From assembly GCA_964501035.1 (NCBI GenBank), contig CAZCRK010000013.1, forward strand, positions 1 to 34,007: 34,007 nt of DNA. Reading direction: 5' to 3'. A program made the position numbers and the translations under genes. A model generated the notes under the pieces. It did no database searches. It was given only the letters and a program-made list of their open reading frames with translations, and was not told the origin of the DNA. Positions 18,523-28,119 of the stretch are shown piece by piece; the stretch's first letter is position 1; every line of letters starts with the position of its first letter.

Positions 18523-21500
18523 ATCAAACGTATAATATTTTTATTTATCATAAGTACCACATTTGTTTTTTCAGCAAAGTATGCAACTATTCATGGTGTG
18601 TTATTAGACTCCAAAAATAATGAACCATTAATTGGTGCAAATGTTATTTTAGAAGGAACAGGTTTAGGTGGTGCAACCGATATAGATGGTTCATATACTA
18701 TTAATTATGCACCATCTGGTACATTTAACCTAATTGCAATGTATATTGGGTATGAAAATTACACTCAAGAAATAACTATTAAGCGTGGAGATTATTTAAC
18801 CATTGACATTCCAATGGTAGCATCTGCAATCCAATTAAAAGAAACACGAGTAACTGCAAAAAAACGACAAGATAAAGTTACGGAAGCACCTGCATCTGTA
18901 GAAATTATTTCTGAACGAGATATCAAACGAGAAACTACTACTAACCTAGGTTCTTTTTTAAAAGGGCTCAAAGGTGTTGACTTTACCTCAAGTGGAATCA
19001 ATAATTATAGTATTTCTGTGCGCGGATTTAACAGTAGCTTTTCAACTCGTTTGTTAACTCTAACCGATGGACGTGTAGCAAATATTCCTGCCTTGCGTGT
19101 TATCAACTATAGTACAATTCCACAATCAACTGATGATATTGAAAATATAGAGGTTGTTCTTGGACCTGCAACTGCTTTGTATGGAGCAAATGCACATAGT
19201 GGTGTAGTTAATATTACATCCAAATCCCCTGCATATTCAGAAGGATTTTCCTTAAGTGTTTCCGGTAGTAATGATGACCGGCAATTGCAAAAATATAATG
19301 CTCGATTAGCTAAAAAATTAACCAATACGCTTAGCATGAAACTGTCTGGTATGTATTTGCATGCATACGAATGGCCATTTATATCTGAAGAAGAATATAA
19401 ACGACATAAATACCCTTGGGTTGGCACACCTGGTAGAGCAAAAGATGGTTTTGATAATAANNNNNNNNNNNNNNNNNNNNNNNNNNNNNNNNNNNNNNNN
19501 NNNNNNNNNNNNNNNNNNNNNNNNNNNNNNNNNNNNNNNNNNNNNNNNNNNNNNNNNNNNATTGATAATGATGGTGATGGTCTGATTGATGAAAATATAG
19601 ATCATGCGACTGATCAATGGTACGATGGCTTAGATAATGACGGTGATGGCAATATTGATGACTCTCAAGAAAGAGAAACCGGAAATGGTACTGGACTACC
19701 CCAATGGCAATATAATATGGAAGATAGAAATATTATCATTGAAGGCGGACGAATTTACCAATCTATAAATGGAGAAAATAACCAATGGTATAGTGAATCA
19801 AATTTTCTAAACGAACCCTTTACAGACTCAAATGGTGATGGTGTTTGGAATCCTGAAGATTCTTTTATTGATGAAACATGTCTATGGTGTCAAATTGACG
19901 TATGGGATGCTGACGCTTGTTATAATGGTAATGTTTTAGTAGATTTAAATGGGGATGGTATTTGCAATGGTGAATCTTTGATAGATGATTGGAATAGTAA
20001 TGGTATATGGGATGATTCAGAACCTTTTGAAGATTTAAATGAAAATGGTGTGTATAACTCCTTTGAAGAATATGTTGATTTAAATGAAAATAGTGAATGG
20101 GATGAAAATGAACCATTTGTAGATAATAATGGTAATGAAACATATGATTTCCCTGTAATAATTGATAAACATGTACGCGGTGATTTTCACTATAACGAGA
20201 ATGAACAAACATTAGAATTTGATTTATATATCTATGATACAGATGGTGATGGGGTGTATGATACTGGGGATGGGTGTTTTGGTTGCCCTGCAGATGAGTA
20301 TGAAGATTTAAATAATAATGGAATTTTTGACGAGAATGATATTCTCACCGTTGACCATAATAATGATGGGGAGTTTACACCTAAAGATTACCAAGATAAT
20401 TTTCAATTAGTAACTGATAATAATGGTGATGGATTAGATGAATATCCAGACTTTGAAGTCGAAAACAAAAAAGTAGAGTTTCGTTTGGATTATGATCCAA
20501 ATGTTGATTTTAACATGTCATATCAAACTGGATTCTCATGGACTAAAACTCAGCAAGTTACAGGAACTGGACGATACTTAGCAGATGGGTTTGAATATCG
20601 GTTTCATCAATTACGAAGTCGATATAAAAATTGGTTTGCTCAATTGTATACAAATAGGAGTGAATCCGGTGATACACGCAGTTATTTATTAGGAAACGTA
20701 ATACGAGATCAATCCGTTAACTATGCTGCACAGTTACAAAACAATTTTAAAATACCAAATTTAAGTACTATGGTTGTTTGGGGGATTGACTATTTTAGAA
20801 CGGAACCCATAACCAATGGATCTATACTCAATGATGGACCGAATGGATACGATAATGATGGGGATTTTAATTTCTTATCAACCAATGGAATTGATGATGA
20901 CGGGGATAGTGATGATTATTTGGATGAAAATGGAAACGGTAAACCTGATATTGGTGAACCTGGTGTAAATGATCAAGGTTTTGTGTACGAAAACAGTATT
21001 GATGATGATAATGATGGTGAAACCGATGAAAATATTGATGAAATTTACTGTGATGACGGTTTCCAAGGTGGTATGAAAGATGGTAAGTTTTGGAAATGCG
21101 GCGAAGGTATTGATGAAGCAGATGAATTTGATTATGTGGTTTCAAATGAACTAGGATTTTATTTCCAAACTAAAACCAATTTGTACAACTCACAAAAATG
21201 GGAGTTAATTACAGCTGCCCGGTTTGACAATCATGACCTTTTAGATGAAGGTATTCAATTTTCACCTAAAATGGGTTTGATTTATAAACCCAATGATATG
21301 TCTTCTTGGAGATTTACCTATGGAAAAGCATTTAATACTCCAAGTGCAATAACGCTTCATACAGATTTATTTGTTGCACGAGATGGTATTTTGGAAATTT
21401 ATTTACGTGGTAATGCGGATGGTACACCTTATCCACGTACGGACGAAAACTACCAAGTATCTGCTCCAGGTTATTTTGAAGATGGTGAGTTTATTCATAT

Positions 21501-22782
21501 TGGTTCAGACGTAATTGACGATGGATATGCTGACCGAGTAACTGGGGCACCATTTTTCTTTAATTTACAAGATGGATCCGTACCCACAGATATGATTCCA
21601 ATTGATACCGCACGATATTTAATTTTTGTTCCGGAGTTAAATGATGATGGTGTGCTTTATACTCCAGAACAGACTCTTAATATTCCAGATGTTGACCCTA
21701 TTGGAACAGAAAAAATTCAAACTGTAGAATTGGGTTATAAGGGATTTTTGGGTGAACGAACACACTTTTCTCTTGATTATTATGTGAGTTATTATGAAGA
21801 TTTTTTCAGCCCCCCAACAGTCATAACACCCCTCGTTGTTAAACGAATATTTGATGAAGATGGAAATGATATTACTACAGTAGATAATGCAGAAGTAATG
21901 GGATTAATGCCGGTTAATGATTTTGGAACAAATCCCCCATACGGTACGGCGTGGAATGGAATTGATGATGATGGCGATTGGGCAGAATATGCTCCTTACT
22001 TTGGTTGGGATTTAGATGATGATGATGGCGACGGGAACTATGCTGACCCATATGAATGGGGATATGTAGATCCATACAATCCAAGTGATAATGATGGTGA
22101 TGGTATCGAAGAAGGTTTTACGATATATGAACCATGGGAAATTATGGAGGATTCTGATGGTCAGTTTTCCTTTTTTACTGTTGAAGATACCGTTATTCAA
22201 AGATTTTTATCTGTTGGAGTTGATGAATACTCTTCAGCAACGGGTCTCAGTGAAGCAGAAATGATTGAAACTGCAATTATTGGTGATGATGGTGAACCTT
22301 TGTTAGGACCTGGTCGTGCATATGCACCACCCCATATGGTACTTAGTCCAATGAATTATGGTAATGTGTGGATGCAGGGTTTAGATTTGGGTATCACCCA
22401 GTTTTTACCAGAATATAATTTGGTTATGGATGCAAACTTTTCTTGGTATGGCACTACCGAATACTATAATGAACTTACCAAGAAAAATGACCCCATAAAT
22501 GCCCCCAAGTTTAAAATGAATGCAAGCATTAAGTGGGATGCTCCAATTGGAGCCTTTGCACTTAATTACCGACATGTTGATAAGTTTGAGTGGAAAGATG
22601 GAATTTGGGCTGGATTTATTGGGCCATATGATTTGTTTGACTTGCACTATAATTATAAGTTAAATGAATATGTTGAGTTGAGCTTATCTGCATCTAATAT
22701 TTTTAATGATGTACATAAAGAAATGGTGGGTGGCGCTGAAATGGGTCGTCAACTTATAATGCGAATGACCTCCTCGTTTTAA
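18523..22782 (+). CDS. TonB-dependent receptor with N-terminal carboxypeptidase-regulatory-like domain and large acidic DxDxDG-rich insertions
   Basis: EPLIGANV...GATDIDGSY N-domain; plug motifs (SVRGFNS, LTLTDGR, IEVVLGPATALYGANAHSGVVNITSK); barrel strands (ARFD, FSPKMGLIY, YGKAFNTP, ELGYK, NIFN); C-terminal Phe. Spans the N gap; start extended to ATC 18523 (see findings). Confidence 0.88.
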   Translation: MKRIIFLFIISTTFVFSAKYATIHGVLLDSKNNEPLIGANVILEGTGLGGATDIDGSYTINYAPSGTFNLIAMYIGYENYTQEITIKRGDYLTIDIPMVASAIQLKETRVTAKKRQDKVTEAPASVEIISERDIKRETTTNLGSFLKGLKGVDFTSSGINNYSISVRGFNSSFSTRLLTLTDGRVANIPALRVINYSTIPQSTDDIENIEVVLGPATALYGANAHSGVVNITSKSPAYSEGFSLSVSGSNDDRQLQKYNARLAKKLTNTLSMKLSGMYLHAYEWPFISEEEYKRHKYPWVGTPGRAKDGFDNXXXXXXXXXXXXXXXXXXXXXXXXXXXXXXXXXXIDNDGDGLIDENIDHATDQWYDGLDNDGDGNIDDSQERETGNGTGLPQWQYNMEDRNIIIEGGRIYQSINGENNQWYSESNFLNEPFTDSNGDGVWNPEDSFIDETCLWCQIDVWDADACYNGNVLVDLNGDGICNGESLIDDWNSNGIWDDSEPFEDLNENGVYNSFEEYVDLNENSEWDENEPFVDNNGNETYDFPVIIDKHVRGDFHYNENEQTLEFDLYIYDTDGDGVYDTGDGCFGCPADEYEDLNNNGIFDENDILTVDHNNDGEFTPKDYQDNFQLVTDNNGDGLDEYPDFEVENKKVEFRLDYDPNVDFNMSYQTGFSWTKTQQVTGTGRYLADGFEYRFHQLRSRYKNWFAQLYTNRSESGDTRSYLLGNVIRDQSVNYAAQLQNNFKIPNLSTMVVWGIDYFRTEPITNGSILNDGPNGYDNDGDFNFLSTNGIDDDGDSDDYLDENGNGKPDIGEPGVNDQGFVYENSIDDDNDGETDENIDEIYCDDGFQGGMKDGKFWKCGEGIDEADEFDYVVSNELGFYFQTKTNLYNSQKWELITAARFDNHDLLDEGIQFSPKMGLIYKPNDMSSWRFTYGKAFNTPSAITLHTDLFVARDGILEIYLRGNADGTPYPRTDENYQVSAPGYFEDGEFIHIGSDVIDDGYADRVTGAPFFFNLQDGSVPTDMIPIDTARYLIFVPELNDDGVLYTPEQTLNIPDVDPIGTEKIQTVELGYKGFLGERTHFSLDYYVSYYEDFFSPPTVITPLVVKRIFDEDGNDITTVDNAEVMGLMPVNDFGTNPPYGTAWNGIDDDGDWAEYAPYFGWDLDDDDGDGNYADPYEWGYVDPYNPSDNDGDGIEEGFTIYEPWEIMEDSDGQFSFFTVEDTVIQRFLSVGVDEYSSATGLSEAEMIETAIIGDDGEPLLGPGRAYAPPHMVLSPMNYGNVWMQGLDLGITQFLPEYNLVMDANFSWYGTTEYYNELTKKNDPINAPKFKMNASIKWDAPIGAFALNYRHVDKFEWKDGIWAGFIGPYDLFDLHYNYKLNEYVELSLSASNIFNDVHKEMVGGAEMGRQLIMRMTSSF
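19461..19560. other. Assembly gap (100 N)
   Basis: Run of n inside the repetitive insert of the receptor; true length unknown. Confidence 0.99.
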
Positions 22783-22872
22783 TATATTATCATTATAAGT
22801 CATTCACATATTGTTACATTTTATAATTAGATATTTCTTTACATCGTATTAAATATTATACTAAATTTGTGC

Positions 22873-22988
22873 GATTGGAAATCAATCTTTTTTGGATTTA
22901 CAGAATTAGATATCACTTCGTGCTACTTAGATGGCATGGGACGGCGAGGTGAGAAGGCGGGAGCCCCGATTTATCGGGGCTCTTTCTT
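22873..22988 (+). ncRNA. Candidate small structured RNA
   Basis: GC-rich island in AT-rich intergenic DNA. Hairpins GATTG/CAATC, CACTTCG/CGAGGTG enclosing TGCTA/TGGCA, then a terminator; TAAATTTG box just upstream. Confidence 0.35.
22961..22988 (+). terminator. Rho-independent terminator
   Basis: GAGCCCCGA-ttta-TCGGGGCTC followed by TTTCTT. Confidence 0.75.
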
Positions 22989-23004
22989 ATCCAGTAGAAA
23001 TGAT

Positions 23005-23039
23005 AAAAAAAGGGGAATAGTTTAAACTATTCCCCTTTT
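23005..23039 (-). terminator. Terminator of hflKC (32-bp perfect palindrome)
   Basis: AAAAGGGGAATAGTTT|AAACTATTCCCCTTTT, with a T7 tract on the minus strand, about 20 nt past the hflC stop. Confidence 0.8.
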
Positions 23040-23061
23040 CTGTTTTATGAAAAACTACCTT

Positions 23062-23988
23062 CTACTCTAGATATTTTAAATACTTATTATCTGTGGAGAG
23101 TATTAGTTGAGTTGTAGAATCTAATGTTCTCTTATAGGAATCGAGAGTTTGTTGAAAATTATAAAACTCAGGAGATTTACCATACGCATCTGCATAAATT
23201 TGTACAGCTTCTGCATCGGCCTTTCCTCTAATTTCTTGGGATTTCAAATACGCTGACGAGGTTATCTCCTTTTCTTTTTGTATTTGCATTCCTAAGATCT
23301 CCTGTTTTTTACCCTGCCCTTGAGCTCTATATTTTTCAGCAATCATATTTTGCTCAGAAATCATCCTATTAAACAATTTATTTTGAACCTGTTTGTTATA
23401 ATCAATTCGTTTTAATTGAACATCAACAACTTCAATACCCATATTTAACTCGGATAGTTTGGTTCGAACATTTTGTAAAATTGTTTCTACAATTTCAGTT
23501 CGAGAACCTTCTAGTATATGTTTTTTGTCAGATTCCATATTATTCTCTTCAGTTTCATATATCTGCATTTCTCTATTCGTTGATCGAATTATTTCTTCCA
23601 TGGTTCGAGTTGAAATTTCATCTCTTACTGCTCCATCGATAATATCATCAAGTCGAGATTGTGCAAGCATCTCATTTTTTGCTGATTTATAAAATTGAAG
23701 TGCATCTAAAATCTTCCATCTTGCAAATGCATCAATAAAAATATATTTATTATCAATAGTTGGAATTTCATTTGCAGCTCCATCCCATTCTAAAATTCGC
23801 TTGTCAAATTTGATAACATTTTGAATAACAGGAACTTTGAAATGTAACCCAGCTTTATCTACTAAACCACCAACCGGTTTACCAAACTGAATTACAATAG
23901 CTTGTTCAGCTTCATTTAGAACATACATGGATGAAAAAATAACTAGAACCCCAACAACAGATAAAATTGCGAATATGTTCTTAACCAT
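23062..23988 (-). CDS. hflC: FtsH protease modulator HflC
   Basis: N-terminal TM helix, QFGKPV..GLHFKVP, DVQLKRID, RMISE, IRGKADAEA..IYADAYGKSPEFY. Confidence 0.92.
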   Translation of the reverse strand: MVKNIFAILSVVGVLVIFSSMYVLNEAEQAIVIQFGKPVGGLVDKAGLHFKVPVIQNVIKFDKRILEWDGAANEIPTIDNKYIFIDAFARWKILDALQFYKSAKNEMLAQSRLDDIIDGAVRDEISTRTMEEIIRSTNREMQIYETEENNMESDKKHILEGSRTEIVETILQNVRTKLSELNMGIEVVDVQLKRIDYNKQVQNKLFNRMISEQNMIAEKYRAQGQGKKQEILGMQIQKEKEITSSAYLKSQEIRGKADAEAVQIYADAYGKSPEFYNFQQTLDSYKRTLDSTTQLILSTDNKYLKYLE

Positions 23989-24965
23989 TATTTACCACCT
24001 TTCGAGTTTAAATTTAAGAGGGGTAGTAAGTTTTCTAAATCTGAATCCACAATAATTTTATTGGGAATATCAGTCAACACCTCTTTCATTGCTTCAATGT
24101 AAAGTCTGTCACGTGTAATTTGAGGAGATTTTTTATATTCAACCAAAACTGCTTCAAACAAAGAAGTATTCCCTTTTGCTTCATTTATCCGTTCAATCGC
24201 ATAACCATTGGCTTCATTGATAATTCTTTCTGCTTCACCCTCTACACGGTAAATTTGTTTATTATACTCCTGCCGAGCATTGTTAATCATGGTTTCTTGA
24301 TCTTGTTTTGCACGATTAACTTCATTAAAAGAGTCCGCTACAGGTTCTGGCGGAACAACACTCTGCAATTGAACCATTTCTACAGAAATTCCGGTTCCGT
24401 ACTCATCCAGTAACAATTGCATATTCTCTCTGGCACTATCACCAATATTTCGACGTTCTGCTTGAACTGCTTCACTAAATGATCTATCTCCAACCATTGC
24501 TCTCATTGTGGCTTCAGATACATCTTTAATTGTATTTTCTACATTTTTTACATTAAACAAGTAAGCAAAAGCATCTTTTATTTTATATTGAACCACCCAA
24601 TGAACTTCGGCTATTTTCAAATCACCCGTCAACATCCATGATTCATTTTTAAATGTTTTACTTGAATATTGGGTACGTACTCCAGATTTAACTGTTCTAA
24701 ATCCAAATTCCATTTTATACTGGTAATCCACTTTGACAAAGTGAATAGTATCAATGAATGGGATTTTAAAATGTAACCCTGGCATTGTTGTTTTTGAATA
24801 TTTACCTAATCGTAAAACTACTGCATTTTCGTTGGCTTCCACTGTATAAAATGCAGATGTTGCAAAAATTAAACCCAATACTAATAACGCAATTGACCCA
24901 ATTTTTTTCAGTTGTAAATCTGGTAATTGAACTTCCATGTCATTAAATCTAACCTTTTGTGCCAT
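23988..24965 (-). CDS. hflK: FtsH protease modulator HflK
   Basis: SPFH domain: FYTVEANENAVVLRLGK, MLTGD, VQYKI, SFNEVNRAKQD, PQITRDRLYIE; GGAG RBS; coupled to hflC. Confidence 0.92.
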   Translation of the reverse strand: MAQKVRFNDMEVQLPDLQLKKIGSIALLVLGLIFATSAFYTVEANENAVVLRLGKYSKTTMPGLHFKIPFIDTIHFVKVDYQYKMEFGFRTVKSGVRTQYSSKTFKNESWMLTGDLKIAEVHWVVQYKIKDAFAYLFNVKNVENTIKDVSEATMRAMVGDRSFSEAVQAERRNIGDSARENMQLLLDEYGTGISVEMVQLQSVVPPEPVADSFNEVNRAKQDQETMINNARQEYNKQIYRVEGEAERIINEANGYAIERINEAKGNTSLFEAVLVEYKKSPQITRDRLYIEAMKEVLTDIPNKIIVDSDLENLLPLLNLNSKGGK

Positions 24966-25078
24966 AGTTATCTCCTTTTATTTAGATAGGTTTCGGGTAG
25001 AGAATTTACATCCAAAATAATATGCAAGATTATTCATATTTATTGCGTAACACAAATGAGAACAAAAAAGGAGAACTC

Positions 25079-25747
25079 ATGAAAACTGAAATAAATAAAA
25101 TAGTAAAAACAACAACTGGAGTAATTTTCATTTCCATATTTGTAGTCGGGATTTTTGGACTATCAATCATGGATCCAAAACCAGAACCTATTGTTGATGT
25201 TGTACCTAATCAATCACAAGTAGAGGTAAAAGAGACTTCAGATTATAATATGCCAGATCACTTTAATGAACTTGATGCTGAAACTGTTACCGACACAAAT
25301 ATAGCAGAAACAGAAGCAAAAGTGGAAACAATATCTACTGAACCCAATATTGTCTCACTCACTATTTGTTCAGATGTAGTGGATAGAAATCCTGTAGATA
25401 CTCTAACAGAAGTAGATATGGGTCTAGGTAAAATTTTTACTCATACCACTGTAAGTAGTGAATCTGAAAACACTATCCATCACGTGTATAAATTTGGTGA
25501 TGAAACAATTGCAAAGGTTACATTGGCTGTTGGAAATTCACCATCATGGAGAACATGGAGCTCAAAGTATATTGACCCTATTTGGGAAGGACAATGGACT
25601 GTAGAGGTTCAATCGGATAATGGTAATGTGTTAGCAAGTCAATCATTTTCAGTTGTGCAAACAATTGAAGAAACACCTGCTGATGAGGAAAAACCAGAAG
25701 AATTAGATGAGCCAGAATCGTTTGAAGGAATAAGCTCAACCAATTAA
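25079..25747 (+). CDS. Membrane-anchored DUF2914-like protein
   Basis: AGGAG RBS before ATG 25079; N-terminal TM helix, acidic linker, C-terminal VVDRNP...WRTWSSK...GQWTVEV domain. Confidence 0.7.
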   Translation: MKTEINKIVKTTTGVIFISIFVVGIFGLSIMDPKPEPIVDVVPNQSQVEVKETSDYNMPDHFNELDAETVTDTNIAETEAKVETISTEPNIVSLTICSDVVDRNPVDTLTEVDMGLGKIFTHTTVSSESENTIHHVYKFGDETIAKVTLAVGNSPSWRTWSSKYIDPIWEGQWTVEVQSDNGNVLASQSFSVVQTIEETPADEEKPEELDEPESFEGISSTN

Positions 25748-25768
25748 ACTTCTATCTATTCCCTTCGT

Positions 25769-25796
25769 AAAAAATGCCTCTTTTGAGGCATTTTTT
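25769..25796. terminator. Bidirectional terminator between convergent genes
   Basis: AAAAAATGCCTC-tttt-GAGGCATTTTTT. Confidence 0.85.
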
Positions 25797-27459
25797 ATTT
25801 AAACTTTTCCCAGTTTGAAATATCGACTATCGTATCCTTATCGCATGAAAAATATTTCTCGGATCCACTAAACTTTTCATCCAAAACAAATGCATGAATA
25901 AAATAATTATTTTCATCTATAAAAATGGTATTGGTGTCGATATACTCTGTTTCAAATTTTTGTCCTTGAAAATGTATTTTTGTTGGAATTACATGAGATA
26001 AATTTTCTTTTTGAGAATCAATATTAGGATTTGTAAAATGTAATTGAAGTTTATGGAAAGATGTATCCGCTAAACGAATCAAATATGAATCACCAATATT
26101 GCTAACTGCTTGATAAAAGGTATCATTTTCAACAATACTATGAGTTTGCTCTAATTGACGAAGTACCCAAATACTATCTTCATAATTTAAACTTAGTTCT
26201 AGTGGGTGATAACCAGATTTTTTTAGTACAATATTTTGACCATTTTTAACTTGTATATGTTCCATTGGCAAAATTCCAAGTTTGTTTCCATCTTTAAACA
26301 TTTCAATATCTTGTTGATCTTTATGTACATTTATACTGACAAACTCAGTATGAAATCTATTTTGATACCATTGAGTTAACACTAAAACTAAAAACAATAA
26401 TAGTGTACCTAAAGCAACTTTAATTCCCCATTTTTTCAATCTAAACTGTGAAATCTTTTTATGTTCAAATTTTATAGGATTTATTTTACTATCACCATAT
26501 AAATTGTAAAAAATCCATGATAGGTCTGATAACCCTTTTTTCTCTATCATATGACGACGTGCTAAGAAAAATGCAACCCCACAACTACTTCCAGTTGATA
26601 AATGTTTATATAATTGGATTCCAAACTCACATGCATAATCAGATGGGATATTCCCGGATGTTGCAATGACTGTTTTTATTCCTTCATTTAGAAATGATTG
26701 CACCCATTGAATGCTTGGCTCACCACATGAATTATCAATAACCAATTGTGGTACATGGGCTAACTGGTGAATATCTGAATTTGTAAAATACTCATTATCT
26801 GCTAATCTCCAACCTTTACCCTTGTCATAATGTCCGGAATAATGAAAAACTGATGTATGGGATAATGAACGTGTGAGAGAAATTTTTCTTACTGATTTTC
26901 CCAAATAGGGACCATCTACCAAATCTTCAGGTAGTGTTTCAGATATTGAATAAATTTCATTTTGAACGGATGATTCAATATTCCTATCTTCAGACGGATC
27001 GCCGACAAAAGTAACTCTGTTATTGGTGGAACATTTTTTATTTGAATTCGGATTATCTTTGTTTAAGATAACTCGAGAAATTATAAACCCATCACTTAAA
27101 AAATGTTCTCCATCAAATAGCACTTCAAATGGGAAATATCCGCATGCTTCATCTACGAATAACTGGATTTCAATTGGATTTAATACTGATTTATACTCCA
27201 AGATTCGTGCACTATAATCTCCAAAAATGTGTTGAAATAAAACAAATCCCTCTTGTTTGAGTCTTTCTAATAGGTGGATATTTGCACCTGATCGAAGGAA
27301 AGAATTTGGAATATGAACATTCACTTCATCGATAGATTGACGAAGTTCAGAAATATTTATTGTGTTTAAATATGGTTTAGAATTGCTCTCTTCCCTATCA
27401 GTAAGAATACTGATATGGAAAAGGTCTTGAGTTGATTGAATTATTTGTACTTCTATCAC
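25795..27459 (-). CDS. Membrane-anchored CHAT-domain (caspase-like) protease with extracytoplasmic PEGA-like region
   Basis: CHAT motifs FPFEVLFDG, VFHYSGH (His), VIDNSCG (Cys), A.EF...LY..L..G, ARR, W..Y.LYGD; one TM helix (WGIKVALGTLLLFLVLVLTQWY); then a PEGA-like segment (DGNKLGILP...LKKSGYHP). Confidence 0.8.
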   Translation of the reverse strand: MIEVQIIQSTQDLFHISILTDREESNSKPYLNTINISELRQSIDEVNVHIPNSFLRSGANIHLLERLKQEGFVLFQHIFGDYSARILEYKSVLNPIEIQLFVDEACGYFPFEVLFDGEHFLSDGFIISRVILNKDNPNSNKKCSTNNRVTFVGDPSEDRNIESSVQNEIYSISETLPEDLVDGPYLGKSVRKISLTRSLSHTSVFHYSGHYDKGKGWRLADNEYFTNSDIHQLAHVPQLVIDNSCGEPSIQWVQSFLNEGIKTVIATSGNIPSDYACEFGIQLYKHLSTGSSCGVAFFLARRHMIEKKGLSDLSWIFYNLYGDSKINPIKFEHKKISQFRLKKWGIKVALGTLLLFLVLVLTQWYQNRFHTEFVSINVHKDQQDIEMFKDGNKLGILPMEHIQVKNGQNIVLKKSGYHPLELSLNYEDSIWVLRQLEQTHSIVENDTFYQAVSNIGDSYLIRLADTSFHKLQLHFTNPNIDSQKENLSHVIPTKIHFQGQKFETEYIDTNTIFIDENNYFIHAFVLDEKFSGSEKYFSCDKDTIVDISNWEKFK

Positions 27460-27486
27460 ATTTATTATCTAAAACAGACAACAAAT

Positions 27487-28107
27487 TTAAGAAATACAGA
27501 GTTGTATTGTTCCTAAGTTTTTTTGCCCTAATGAAATATCAATACTATACTTACCCATTTCAATAGCTTGATTGAATGTAGAACCAGTGCTATCTGTTAA
27601 AACTTCCATTACTTTAGTATCATCACTCCACAATTGAAATCGGCCATTTTTAACATGTTTACCATCTTCATCCTCTAGAGAGAACTGAACGGTTTGACCA
27701 TCTTTATTTTCAATCATGTGGCAGAGAATATGATAGTTATCTGCTTTAGTTTTAAAAACATGTAGATATTCAGAATCTCCACGAATTGCCATTAATGTCT
27801 TGGGTGAAGGTTGAAGCAATTCAATTCCCTTGATTACTTCAAAAACATTATTCGTTTTTTTCAATATAATTTCCATCAATGATGGTGTCGATAAGTTTAA
27901 CTTTTCTATTACAGAATCCGTCAAGTATTTTGGAGGTGATTGAGTTGGTTCATCATCAACCAATTGTTGAAGGATATTTACTCGTATTTGAAGTTCTTTA
28001 TTCAATTGTAAAAACTCTGAAAATTCTGCATTTTCTTGTTTTGACATTTTACCTTCTACATATCGCAAAATGTGATTATCTGAAATTTCTTGATTTTCTT
28101 TCTTCAT
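27487..28107 (-). CDS. Putative soluble anti-sigma factor
   Basis: Directly downstream of the ECF gene. N-terminus resembles an anti-sigma domain (ILRYVEGKMSKQE...F..FL...PPKYLTDSVI), without the HxxxCxxC ligands. No TM helix; beta-rich C-terminal domain. Confidence 0.6.
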   Translation of the reverse strand: MKKENQEISDNHILRYVEGKMSKQENAEFSEFLQLNKELQIRVNILQQLVDDEPTQSPPKYLTDSVIEKLNLSTPSLMEIILKKTNNVFEVIKGIELLQPSPKTLMAIRGDSEYLHVFKTKADNYHILCHMIENKDGQTVQFSLEDEDGKHVKNGRFQLWSDDTKVMEVLTDSTGSTFNQAIEMGKYSIDISLGQKNLGTIQLCIS

Positions 28108-28119
28108 AATCCTCTGACG

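Noticed and set aside
19461..19560. Frame continuity across the gap as proof of a single 1394-aa ORF
   Set aside because: The 100-N length is a placeholder, so the in-frame join may be coincidental. The domain order still supports one gene.
19420..22330. Repetitive GATGATGGT-like DNA as a CRISPR array or tandem repeat
   Set aside because: Repeats are degenerate at the DNA level, in frame and conserved as peptide motifs; no fixed repeat-spacer period.
22869..22952. 27-codon ORF, or a tRNA, in the GC-rich intergenic island
   Set aside because: No RBS for the ORF; no cloverleaf, T-loop or CCA for a tRNA.
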